A stretch of 63,989 nucleotides of DNA, filler included, from Licmophora abbreviata (lineage: Eukaryota): assembly GCA_900291995.1 (NCBI GenBank). It is 9 parts of 9 records of this genome, joined end to end, with 100 filler letters (N's around TTAATTAATTAA, not from the genome) between each part and the next. Parts side by side here need not be neighbours in the genome. Positions count along the whole stretch, not along the records: positions 9,756 to 22,529 come from OLMU01000073.1; positions 22,630 to 29,203 come from OLMU01000074.1; positions 29,304 to 37,598 come from OLMU01000075.1; 6 more parts are not named here. The stretch is one strand, 5' to 3'. Made by a program: the position numbers and the translations under genes. Positions within the stretch are counted from its first letter, which is position 1. Each line of letters opens with the position of its first letter. Of the stretch, positions 22,035 through 33,167 are shown in pieces. The notes beneath the pieces were generated by a model, which had not been told where the DNA came from, searched no databases, and saw nothing but the letters and a program-made list of their open reading frames with translations.

Positions 22035-23067
22035 TTACAAGTCAATCAGCTCGGGAAAGTCCAACACGACGTCGCGACTAGTTAGGACTTCGTCGCGCTC
22101 GCTGGGAGTCCAGAATACTTCTACAGCGTTGACGCAGTCGCCATATTCGACCATGCAATCACTGGCAATGCCCGAAAGGACCTCTTGAGTACCTAGCATG
22201 CTGAATCCCGCACCGTCAAACCTGCAGAAACACGGTTGAGAACATGTTGTAAGTCTTCGTCTGTGATTTTTCTTCTGGTGTTCGAATGTATACTTACTTT
22301 GTACTGTCGCCTTGGATCTCCACGATGAGACTGACAACCACTGTGGTCGCCCCGCCTCCTTTTTCCTCGCTGTCTTTGCTAGGTACGTACTCCTGCAATA
22401 ATGAAACAGATTGAGCGACGCATGAACTTTATCAAGCAGCGACTTGGTCGCGCCCCCAGCTTCTTTCTTCGTACCTTTTCGAACTTGGCAGCCTCCGCAT
22501 TGGCCCAATCGTTAAACAGGCTCTCGGCCNNNNNNNNNNNNNNNNNNNNNNNNNNNNNNNNNNNNNNNNNNNNTTAATTAATTAANNNNNNNNNNNNNNN
22601 NNNNNNNNNNNNNNNNNNNNNNNNNNNNNCCATAGTTTTCGCCCTTGAACCATTCGCTCGTGCTGGTGGCGGCCACCCAATCGTCACTTTTCCGTAGCAG
22701 AGCTAAACTCACGCGGTTCGCCAGCTCACCGAGTGACTCGGAGTCTGTCTCGGACGACCGTGCGCCCTCTTCAAGAATGCCATAGATGGAATCGGGGCCA
22801 CGATTTCGACATGCAAGCGCTACTTGGACCTTTCCGACCGTAATACCCTTGCCAAGGGCTCCACTTTCTTCAAATAGTTTGTCGAAAAACGCGAAGCGAG
22901 ACATTCGACCGCGTCGAGATCCCGTGCTGTGGTGACACGACCGGCGAATTGACATGACGATCACCAAAGATAGCAACAGTTGTAGGTGAAAAGGCCAATG
23001 ACACACATGAAAGTTGAGAAAATACCAGCATGGCGAGGAACATGATGGAGTTAACGCAAGCACTCAT
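22035..23067 (-). CDS. DUF1517 / FLAP1-like protein, probably plastid-targeted; interrupted by an assembly gap and an apparent frameshift
   Basis: VGKVQVAL, SLALLRK..W, AERLFN.W...EAAKF, VVVSLIV and a C-terminal AVEVFWTP......LT...V.LDFPEL typical of DUF1517. Signal peptide ending SLA-FSP from ATG 23067. Small introns in the 3' half. Confidence 0.75.
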
Positions 23068-23402
23068 TGCGTCTTCAATTAAGCTTTCAAAACCGCAACT
23101 GTTTCAATGCAAGTGAGGGGTTGGTATCTTTTGCAAATCTCCAAGGTGTGGCGGAAAGAGCCAAGTTGCAGTTGAATGACGCAAGTCAAAACTGTGATGG
23201 TTTTTTGGCGCCAAACTGAGGATCACCCGGAGGTCTGAACCTGCCTCCACAGATTCAACTAAGATTCGATTCGATTCAAGATTCTCTTGACTTCACACCA
23301 TCAATATGATGCTGTGACACGATGTAAGGTTGTTGATGATGCTCGCAGAACGCCTGAACAAACGAAGCAGTCGCCGCTTGTGCTGGTTGCTAAGCTTGCA
23401 CG

Positions 23403-26400
23403 ATGTCTGTGGCATTTCGCTTATTGCAGAATGCAACCGAAGAGCAGGGTCAGGAGCTGGATGAGCTTGGAAACTCGTGGTGCGTACGACGACGTCTACA
23501 GAATCGTATCGTCGTTGTTTCGAATTCTGAACTTTCATCTGATCCCCCGTTTTATTCTTATGCCTTCTATCATGCAAGGCAACCTATCTGGGTAGCGGTC
23601 TTATTGACGCTTCTCCAGATCATAGTCTGGCTTACCATCTTTGAATGCAATCGGCGCTCCCAGAAAAATGGTATCGTCTACGACCGCCGGCGTCAGTCGC
23701 ATCCACTCCGAACACCGCCTCCGCTAATGAGACTGCGCGGACCAATGAATGGCTGGCTGGCTTTCGAATGGTGGAGAATGTCCTTCACGGACGACTATCA
23801 GAGACTCGCACAGCAAGAGTACGACGAAAGGCTAGAGGAAGAGGCAACGAATCAAGCGAAGGAAGTGAAATACGATCAATTCGTGATCGAGGCTGAGCGG
23901 CAATGTCGTACAGAAGCAGTCGAAGCTGTACCACCCGATTTCAATATCAAGTTATTCCCAGAAAAGCATGAGGAAGATGCTCACATGGACGAGAACGCGA
24001 CCTTGGTACCTGCAATTGTTGAGAGGGATCAGATTGATGGACCGAGGGACCATGGCGACAACGAGGGCGTTGTAGAACTACCGTCAGATACCCGCCCGAT
24101 GTCCAAGAGGCACATCAAAAGATCGGGCTCGGCGAGCGTTGGCAGTTTGGAATGGGATGCCCGACTCCTTTCGAGCTTTGCGGACTTCTTTAACTTTCGA
24201 GTCCTCAAGAATGATGATGCAGCCGACGATACAGAGGACGACGAAGAACATGTGCGCTTTTACGGTCCAGATGGCGAGAAGGATGAGCCGTCAGAGAACC
24301 GCCGGAGTGGAGGTCTGCACCTAGGGTATGTGCGCAAGGTGAATCGACGGCGCCTAAGAAAGGGGCAGAGAGAGCTGCTTAGGATTGTCGGCCTTGACTC
24401 ATACATGACTCTACGATTTCTTGAGTTCGGATTCGACATTTCGTTCTGGCCACTTCTTCTGGGCAGCTGTATGTTGATTCCTCTGTATAGCACTGGAGGC
24501 GGAGATCAAGGTGGATTCTACTCGCTTACAGTGCTGAACCTCCCTGAAAATAGCGGGAGACTCTGGGCGCTCTGCTTCTTCTTGATTATTCAGTACGCGT
24601 ACATATTGCGCCGGATTTGGATTGAATGGGAAATGTTCATTCCTCTTCGATATGAGTTCCTCGAGCACGGCGACTTTGAAGACGAGGAATATCAAGAACA
24701 ATATCGGAACACCTGTCTTGTGGAATACGTACCACGTTCCCACAAGCTTGACAAGGTGAGCTGTTGATGAGCTTTTTAATTGCAACGAAGTGCGTGCCGA
24801 GTCCTGACGCTCTCCCCCCGCATCGTCTTGTAGGATCTTTACGACTTTTTCGATGTTCTTTTTCCGGGGCAGGTTCGAAGAGCAGAGGTCTTGATCAACA
24901 CAGAGTATCTCAAGACACTGGTTCGCGAACGCGACGGGTGCATCATTTCGTATGAAGATGCCTACGCGAGAAAGGTGCATCGAAGGGCGGACTACCTTCG
25001 AGACGTTGACTCGGTCAACAAGCATGGTGCATCAGTTAAACGATGCTGTCGAGGACAGATCGCTGACCCTAGAGTACCGAAAGAGGAGAGGCGCGTTGTA
25101 ATTCACAAGGTTCACACGAATCGTGGGAACTTTGATCCCCGATTGGACATCGTCAAGGACCCTCGCACATATGAATCGTTGCAGTTTTATATAGGCAGGA
25201 TTGAAAAGTTAAACGCTCTGGTTGACGAGGAGTTCTTACGACTTGTCCAAGAACAACAGAAACCTAAAGAGAGAAGCGCAACGAGTTCTATATAGAAAAG
25301 GTCCTCGGTGTGAAGTACCTGACAGGAAGCGACACGACAAGGCTCCATTCCAGCACAGCCTTCGTTGAGTTCCATTCCCTCACAGCTAAGCAGCAAGCAA
25401 TTCAGTGTAATATTACGGGTACCACGAAATTCATGGAGGTAGCGAAAGCTCCGGGTCTGAACGAGATTCTATGGGACAACGCTCATGTGTCACGGGCTCT
25501 CATCAACACACGGAGAGCCTGGGCTAACGTTTTCTTCCTAGGCAATCTTCTTCTCTGGTCGCTCGCTGTCGCTGCCATTCGATCAGAGGGAAATTTGAGT
25601 CGATTTGTCCCCGGTATCGATGACAACTCATCCCTCAATGCTATCTTGGATGCTTACATCCCGGTACTCGTCATCGAGGGATTAGTTCGAATTGCTCCTT
25701 TCTATATTGCATTTGTGTGTATCTGGATTCGGTTCAAAGCGACATCTGAAATCGACAGCTACGTATTTCAATGGTACTTTGGCTTTCGTTTGGTCACTTT
25801 CATGTTCGTTATCATCGGCGGATCGCTGGTAGATTCGGCGGAGGATATCGCCGGCGACCCTCTCGACTTTCTTGAACGTGCGTCGAACAATGCTGCAGCA
25901 GAGAGTCAGTTCTTTACAACCTACATCATAATGGCATCTGGGTTCTCCATCTTCTTCTTTATGAGCCAAGCGCACAACGTGCTGAAGCATTGGCTTGAGC
26001 TTAAAGTCATCACAGAAGAAGCTGTTTCCTCAAGAAGGCTCGAAGACTTCCGGACGTATATAAAGAAATTTGGCTCTCGAGAGTTGGTGCCCCTTTTTGT
26101 ATTTGCTACGATGATTGGACTCCTATACGGCGGCCTTGCTCCTTTGACAAACCTTTTTGTCGCGATGTTCTTTAAGCTTGCCTATAAAGTTTATCGATTT
26201 ATGGTGAGGATCTCTCCTGATAAGTGCACTGCAGGACGAGAGTGTATCCTAATGTGTGTGTATGTACGTTTTCACGCTTCCCCAGTTTGTATTCGTCTAC
26301 GGCAACTACTACGAAGGAGGGGGAGTCCTTTTCTACACCTTGAACATCATCCTCTTTGTGACCCTTTACATAATCATTCTAATTCTGGTAGGCTACTTGG

Positions 26401-26930
26401 CGATTCACGGGACGTACGCAATGGCTGGTGTGTTTCTTGTCATGCTCGTCATGACTGTCATTGTCCACATCGGCGTGTGGGGTACCTTCGTCCGACCATC
26501 CAAGACGCTTGCGCTAACGAAAGCTCGAGCCTCCGACACGGTCAGAGAAAATGATGCGTGTGCTAGAGAAAAGTCATCCAAAGAGCTCAAGAAAGTCAAG
26601 AAAACAATGAAACATCCGGATTCGGGATATAGAAATGATAGGAACGATATCGAGGAAATGTCTGGCTTGTTGAACAGTCCGGGTGCGGAAATGACATCGG
26701 GTAGAATCGAGGAGCTTGACGACGAAACAAGGCGCGCCCTGGCATTGAAAAGAAATAAACATCGATACAATGACGATGATGGCTTCTTTGTCTACCGCCA
26801 GCCCTCGCTGAATAAAGCAACTTGGGAAGTTTCGCCTCGGCCCTATCGTTTCGATCTTCCGGGAACCAACACGCTACCGGAGGACAAGAATCAGCCACCG
26901 ACTGTCTCTCAAGAGGACATGCTGGCTTAA
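23403..26930 (+). CDS. OSCA/TMEM63 (CSC1) mechanosensitive cation channel
   Basis: N-terminal TM, VGLDSYMTLRFL, TCLVEYVP, LFPGQV, TAFVEF, AP...ILWDN and multiple C-terminal TMs. Introns 24756-24833 and 26204-26285. Apparent frameshift near 25270. Confidence 0.85.
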
Positions 26931-27465
26931 TCCTCTTAGAAAATAGTTATTTCACATGATACGTTGTTGCGGTAACTGTGCTGAACTGCTTGAGATATGT
27001 TGAATGGCAATGAGCAATGTCGCTTCATTTTGTGAGGCCAGTTTCACCCGTTTCCATAATAACTGATTCAACGGTAATATAACGTCCTGACTTGAGGACG
27101 TATATGATATGTATTTTCAAAATGTCGTCGGACAGTTAGTACTCGTTGGGCCTTGCATACGCGCAAGAATCTTGAACCGGCCATGTGCAATTCTCCCTTT
27201 CGTAGAGTGTGTACCAGCGGGCTAATGTCGTTTTTCTCGGCGAGACATCCTCGCACCACGTACAAGTATATTCGACAAATTTTTTGCAATCTCGTGCTTT
27301 CATCAACAGGAAGCTTGTATTTTAGTGTTGGAACACCTAGCACAGCGTTGCAATCGGCAGGAAGGACCTTCAGTCGTCGTCTTCCCGTCATAAGCATTAA
27401 AGGAACGACAAATCCTCTCAGAGACACGAAACCACTTTCGGGGGCTGATTCTCGACGACATTCCA

Positions 27466-30400
27466 ATGATGAAAACCAGATCCCAGCGGGCGTCCATGTC
27501 GACTCCGGGCACAGCGTCGTCACTCAAATCGCAGCCCTCGTCTGCAGAGTCCAGGAAAGTTGTGTTCAGTCCATCCGCATCCAGCCGTGTGGAAGCTTTC
27601 GTGATGAAGAACAAAATTGACGCCTCTGCCATGCAAAAGGAAATCGAGGACCTTCGCGACCGAGTCAAGATTCTTGATGGCAACACGGGTCGGAATGCAT
27701 TGCTGGATAGTCTCAAGGAGCGTGAAGCCGACCACCAGCGATCGGAAGAGCAACTCCGGGTGTTGAATGACAAGTTTCATCAAGTAAAAAAGGGCCTCGC
27801 TCAGATAGACGAAGAGCGAGAGAAACTCCGCGACTCCAAGTCGAAGGTGGAAAAGGAAAAGAATGACGTACAGCGCCAGCTTGATATGCGGGAGAAGGAA
27901 GTGCTTTCGCTTGTCAAGAGATGCTCTGCTCAGGAGCAGAAGGTGAAAGAGAGCACGAAGATTCGAGCGTCCCATGTGACTCTTGTCAGTGAAATGGAGG
28001 ACCTTCGATCAACTTTGTCAATGCGCGAGGAGGAGATTTCTCAGCTTGATTTAGCAAAGCAAGAGCTGAAGAGGCTCCAAGAAGAACGCGAGGAGTTGCT
28101 TGAGCGTCTTTCCAAGGTACGGAAAGACCACGACTCGGTCGCTGAAACGTTGAACAACTGCTTCCAGAATATGCAGAAAGTAACGGAGAGTAAAGCCGAG
28201 CTAGAGGAGGAGCGAAAGCGCGACATGCAGCGCGCTGAACTGGAGATTGAGAAACAACGCCTTGCACACCTAGAGGCAACGAACGCGCTGCGTTCCGAAA
28301 TAAACCTTCGTCAAGAACGGATTGAACAAATGGAAAACGTGTTGAAAGACAACATGGCTATCACGACGGACTTGCGACGAGAGAAAGCTGACTGGCATCG
28401 GACGAAGGACCTCGAGCTCGCGAGGCTTAAGGAACAGCATGCTGACGAGCGCTCCCAACTCATCAATGAACAAGAGAAAGCTGTCCAAACTCTGCACGAC
28501 GAATATGGACAAATGATCAACAGCCTCCGATCGAAGCTCGACGAGAGGGATCGGATGGTGTCGACGCGCGAGTCAGAGGTGTCAAAATATATGCAGAAGT
28601 CGATGGCCCTTTCAGAAGATCTTCAAAAACTGCAAGAAGCAAAGAACATCGAGGAGACACAATTTTGCGAAACGATCGATGAGCTTCGTCGCGAGCGGGA
28701 TAGTCTACAAGAACGACTCGTCTGCAAGGAGAGTGAGGCGACCGAGCTGTCGCTGTCGGTCCGCGATCTAGACAGCGATAAGTCTGTGTTGGCGTCGGAC
28801 TTGTCGAAACTTCGAAAACGACTGAAAGAACTTGAAGAAGAGAACGCGTTCGTTATGGACTTGGAAAAGCAACTTTTTGAAGTTAATGTTTCATCTGTTG
28901 AGGTCGAGCAACAACGCTATCTGGAAAACAATGAACAACAGCTTACCGTCGAACTATTGCAACAAGAACTGCACGACGAGCGCGAGACGTGGGCTGCAGT
29001 GGAGACAAGCCTACAAGAAAAGATTTCTCATTTTCAAGGCAAGGCTCAACATTCAGAGACCGTAGAGAGGGACCTTAGACAAGCGCAGGAGACGATCAAG
29101 TCTTTGGAGGCAGAGTCTGAAACATCGACTGACAAAGTTGCGGCGCTGACGGCCGAGCTGGCAATAAAGGACTCCAAGATTCTGGCCCAGACGAACCAAC
29201 TTGNNNNNNNNNNNNNNNNNNNNNNNNNNNNNNNNNNNNNNNNNNNNTTAATTAATTAANNNNNNNNNNNNNNNNNNNNNNNNNNNNNNNNNNNNNNNNN
29301 NNNCCAACTTGATCTCAATACGCTTCAGCTGGACCAGGCTGAAGAGGAGGCGGAGAAGAAAGATGCGGCTTTCAAGATGCTTGAGCGCGACCTCGCGTGT
29401 CTTCAAGAGTCGTCGAGAGTTGCTTTGGATACAAAAGAGCTGGCACTCCGAGAAAGCGATGTCTTGCTCACCGAAGCCAGAACTGAGATGCAGCAAGAGA
29501 TGCAGACGTGCACGACAATTGCAGTCCAGAAAGAACGAGAGGCGGCTCTTATGCTGTCTGAACTGGAGGAGACTCGCAGCTCCTTCCAACGAGAACTCGC
29601 GGAGAAGCAGAAAACGATTGCAATGAAGGACGGTGAACTCCAGACCTTGAAGACCGAGCTCGAAAGCACTAGTGCATCTTCCGAAAAGGCAACTGAGTCT
29701 CATAGGGCTGCCATGGAGGAAAGCTCTGCACAAATATTGTCACTCAAGTCGGAACTGCAAGCCCTGCAAGATTCATCTGATCATGATATTCTGACCAGCA
29801 GGATGGCATTGCAGGCCAAGGAAACCGCCTTCCAGTCGCTTCAGGCAGAAATGACAGACGCTCGCGACACAGCAAACAAGGAATTGGTCCGAATCAAGGG
29901 CGAACTGGCTGAAAAGGATGTGACCGTATCGTCACTAAAGTCGAAGATTGTCGAACTGCAGACCGCATCCGCAAGGAACGACAATGCAAGTAAGCTAGCC
30001 ACGGAGATCCACTCTCGCCGAGTCGCCTCACTTCAAGCTGAGTACGAACATCTTCGTATCGTATCACAAAGAGACATTTCTTCGAGAAACGCACGTATCG
30101 CAGAGAAAGAGTCGGTAGTCGCAGCGCTTCGATCAGAGGTCGAGAAAGTGCGAACCGAGTGCGGGGATGACATGCTGTCTCTCCAGACGACTATTGAAAA
30201 GCAAGAACAGGCTGTACTACTGTTGAAATCTCGGCTGGAACACCATCATGCTGTGTCCAATCGCGAAGTCGTCGCTCTCAAGGAGAAGTTATCAGAGCAC
30301 GAGCACAGTAAGAAATTGTTGCAGCATGAAGTGGACGAACTCCAACGAGTGAAGAAAAGCGATGCCAATGTGAACAGTCTCCGCGTCTCCGCAAAGGACG

Positions 30401-31696
30401 ATCTCATCTCCTCCCTCAAGGCAGAGCTTGAAGGCGCCCAACGGCGCGTTGAAACTGAAACCAAATCTCTACGTAACGAGATCGCGGAGCTCAAGGTCGC
30501 ATTGCAGCGATCGGAGACATCGCTATCTATCAAGAACGATGAGATTCGAGAGCTCCGATTCATCGAGCTCAAGGACGCCGAAGAAACGATCGCATCCCTA
30601 GAAGAAGAACTGGCTGGTGTGCGGGCGTCCGTGGGGAATCTGGAGAAACAGGCGACTGGCACAGCGACGACTCTCAGATCCAAAAACACGGAGGCTGCCG
30701 CAAAGGTCGCGGCGCTTGAAAAGCAACTTGCAGACCAGATACAGCGAAACGATCGAGTTGTCGACAAGCTCAACAAAGATATGGCAGCGCTCGTTGAGGC
30801 AAAAGCGTTACTCGAAGCCGATTTCAAGGATCAATCGTCGAGACTTCACGATCGACACACAACTATCAGTAGCATAACAGAGAAGAATCTACTTCTTGAG
30901 CGTCGCGAGCGATCGCTTCGGACGGAACTCGAGACTGCTCTCAGAGACTTTGATCGCGTTACGGAAGAGAAAGAGAAAGTACTCAATGCTTTGGAGCGTG
31001 AGATTGGTCTTCGCCAAGTCGAAGGCGAGGAGATTGACTTGGAATATAAACAGAAGCTCGCTGCCCGTCAAAAAGAGATGGTTGATATGGAGGCAGAACT
31101 GGGTGCACAGCAAGAACAAATAAAAGAATTGGAGCGCACTCTTGAGGAGCGCACCAAGCTACTTGGAGATATGGTGATCCACAACAAGGATGCTGATGAC
31201 GAAAAGGAGGCGGCCGAAGGTCGGATTTCCGAACTGGAGCAGCAGCTCGATCTTGCTAACGCACAGCGAGAAGCAACTGACGACGAGCTCAGCCGTACAA
31301 AGGTGACTCTACAGAAGCGCGAGTCGCAGTTCCTCGAAGCCATCGAGAAGGAGCGACATCTTCGAGAACTCGCAGAAGCCGATATGGATGCTGCTACGTC
31401 AAGACTGAGCAGCCAACGACGCGGCAGTCGCGATGTGACTGACCTGGAGAAAGAGAACAACGAGCTCAAGGACAAGGTGCGCCGTCAAGAAGAGTACCTT
31501 AAACGGAAATTACAGAAAGAGAAGGTCTTTCGAGAGCGGAAGGCAAAGCAAAGAACACTGCGGCCACCCCTGCCAGAAGAGGTTCGCCGTTGAAGAGACG
31601 GCCAACCACGGCTAGCCGAATCACAGCTCCGACACCATCGCTTTCCTTGTCCGAGACGGCATCATTTCCAGATGAGTGGGACGTTGATTCAATGTA
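27466..31696 (+). CDS. Very large coiled-coil protein (about 1350 aa) spanning an assembly spacer
   Basis: ORFs 27466-29203 and 29304-31593 join in frame through the duplicated ccaacttg on both sides of the spacer. The sequence is continuous heptads. The C-terminus may extend to 31696 through a frameshift. Confidence 0.75.
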
Positions 31697-31973
31697 GAGG
31701 GGGAACACTCATAAAATGCTATATAAACGAATGAGTATGACAATTTGTATTCAGTAAGACTTCGAACATGCCGTTCTTCTTGTTTTGGCGGGAGATTTGC
31801 TTCAAACACCGCGCGCGCTGGCAGGCAACACGGCAGGTGCTGACGACAGCGGGACACATCACGATCACAGCCATCACAAAAATGACACACGAAGACCCCG
31901 ACATGGTGGAGAGCACAAGGGTGTCGGTCGCTTTGTGAACAAAAGTAGCTTTGAGATCCCCCGAACTCTTCCC

Positions 31974-32855
31974 ATGTCTACGACAAGTCCTGTGGGGGTG
32001 AGTGGAACTTCTGCGTCCCGCAACACATGGTCGGAGAGCGCCTACGAGTGGCATCTACGAGCGCAGCAAAAACAAACCGAAGCTGCTACTCCGCATGATC
32101 CTTCCTCCGCAGCATGGTCGTTTGTGAGTCCTGGGCAAGGAACTGGAGTGACTTTTGTCGATGCAGCACTCAAAAAGCAATCGATCCCAGTCATCGAGCT
32201 GCATGGGGACCATAGGACGGGAAAGTCGTGGACGCTACTGACTCTGGCCGCACGGTTCGTGGTCTCGACACGACCATCTCGATTCACTCGTAACGACGAG
32301 GAAATGGAGGCCACATCGACGGACGACAGAATAGTGGATCTTCCTCAGGTGGTGCTATTGGACTCATGTCAGAACGTGCTAGCCTCGAGCATACTGTCTA
32401 CCGTACGCACGGCTTTGTTGCGCTGTCCAGGAAACATGTCGGAAGAAGTCTTGGAGCGTGAGATTGCGTCATGCTTAGGACGGATCCATGTGGTCATGGC
32501 AGAAGATGTCGCTGGATGGGTTTCCACCTTGGAAGCACTGCGTTGCACACTTTCAAAAGTGTCAGACCACCCAACGCTCGTGCTGTGGGATGGCTTCCTG
32601 GATGACACGCGAAGCGACGACACTTCGGGGCACATGGAGATCATACGCCAAGCGACTCGTCTACTGAAAGACTGCAGTGTACTACTCATCACGTCGACGG
32701 CGCGCAGGTATAGGACCTGGGACAACAAGCTAATGACTCAGAGAATTCGACTGGAGCGATTGAGCCCAATTCCGATCGACGGGCATGAGTTCGTTGCTAC
32801 TGTCCATGGTGCACGAATTCCTTATAGCATTTCACGCGGCTTTATACTTTGTTGA
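31974..32855 (+). CDS. RAD51 paralog, XRCC2-like
   Basis: N-terminal ESAYEW.LR resembles XRCC2 ESGTELLARL. VIELHGDHRTGKS is a Walker A, VVLLD follows, CLGRIHV is present, and LVLWD is Walker B-like. Confidence 0.6.
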   Translation: MSTTSPVGVSGTSASRNTWSESAYEWHLRAQQKQTEAATPHDPSSAAWSFVSPGQGTGVTFVDAALKKQSIPVIELHGDHRTGKSWTLLTLAARFVVSTRPSRFTRNDEEMEATSTDDRIVDLPQVVLLDSCQNVLASSILSTVRTALLRCPGNMSEEVLEREIASCLGRIHVVMAEDVAGWVSTLEALRCTLSKVSDHPTLVLWDGFLDDTRSDDTSGHMEIIRQATRLLKDCSVLLITSTARRYRTWDNKLMTQRIRLERLSPIPIDGHEFVATVHGARIPYSISRGFILC

Positions 32856-33167
32856 TAACAGTCAATACTGCACATGCAGCTGCCTGACAGGGACAGGTCA
32901 TGTTTGGAAGCCACAGTCGGATGCGCAATGGGATAGCGTCCATGGCAGTTCGCCAATTGGTTACAATTGCTTCTTGACGGCTAATGGGATCGGCGCTAGA
33001 AGGTATTGCAATGAGCAACAAACTTTCAGACGGGTATGGCTCTACGGAAACCACAAAATTACATAAATCACTCTTGTTTAGAAAACATTCTGGCGTCAAT
33101 TGATTTCATGAAGTGTCTCGTTCAATACTCCTTCCGGTGTTCCTTGGCCCTCTCAATATCTACGAAG

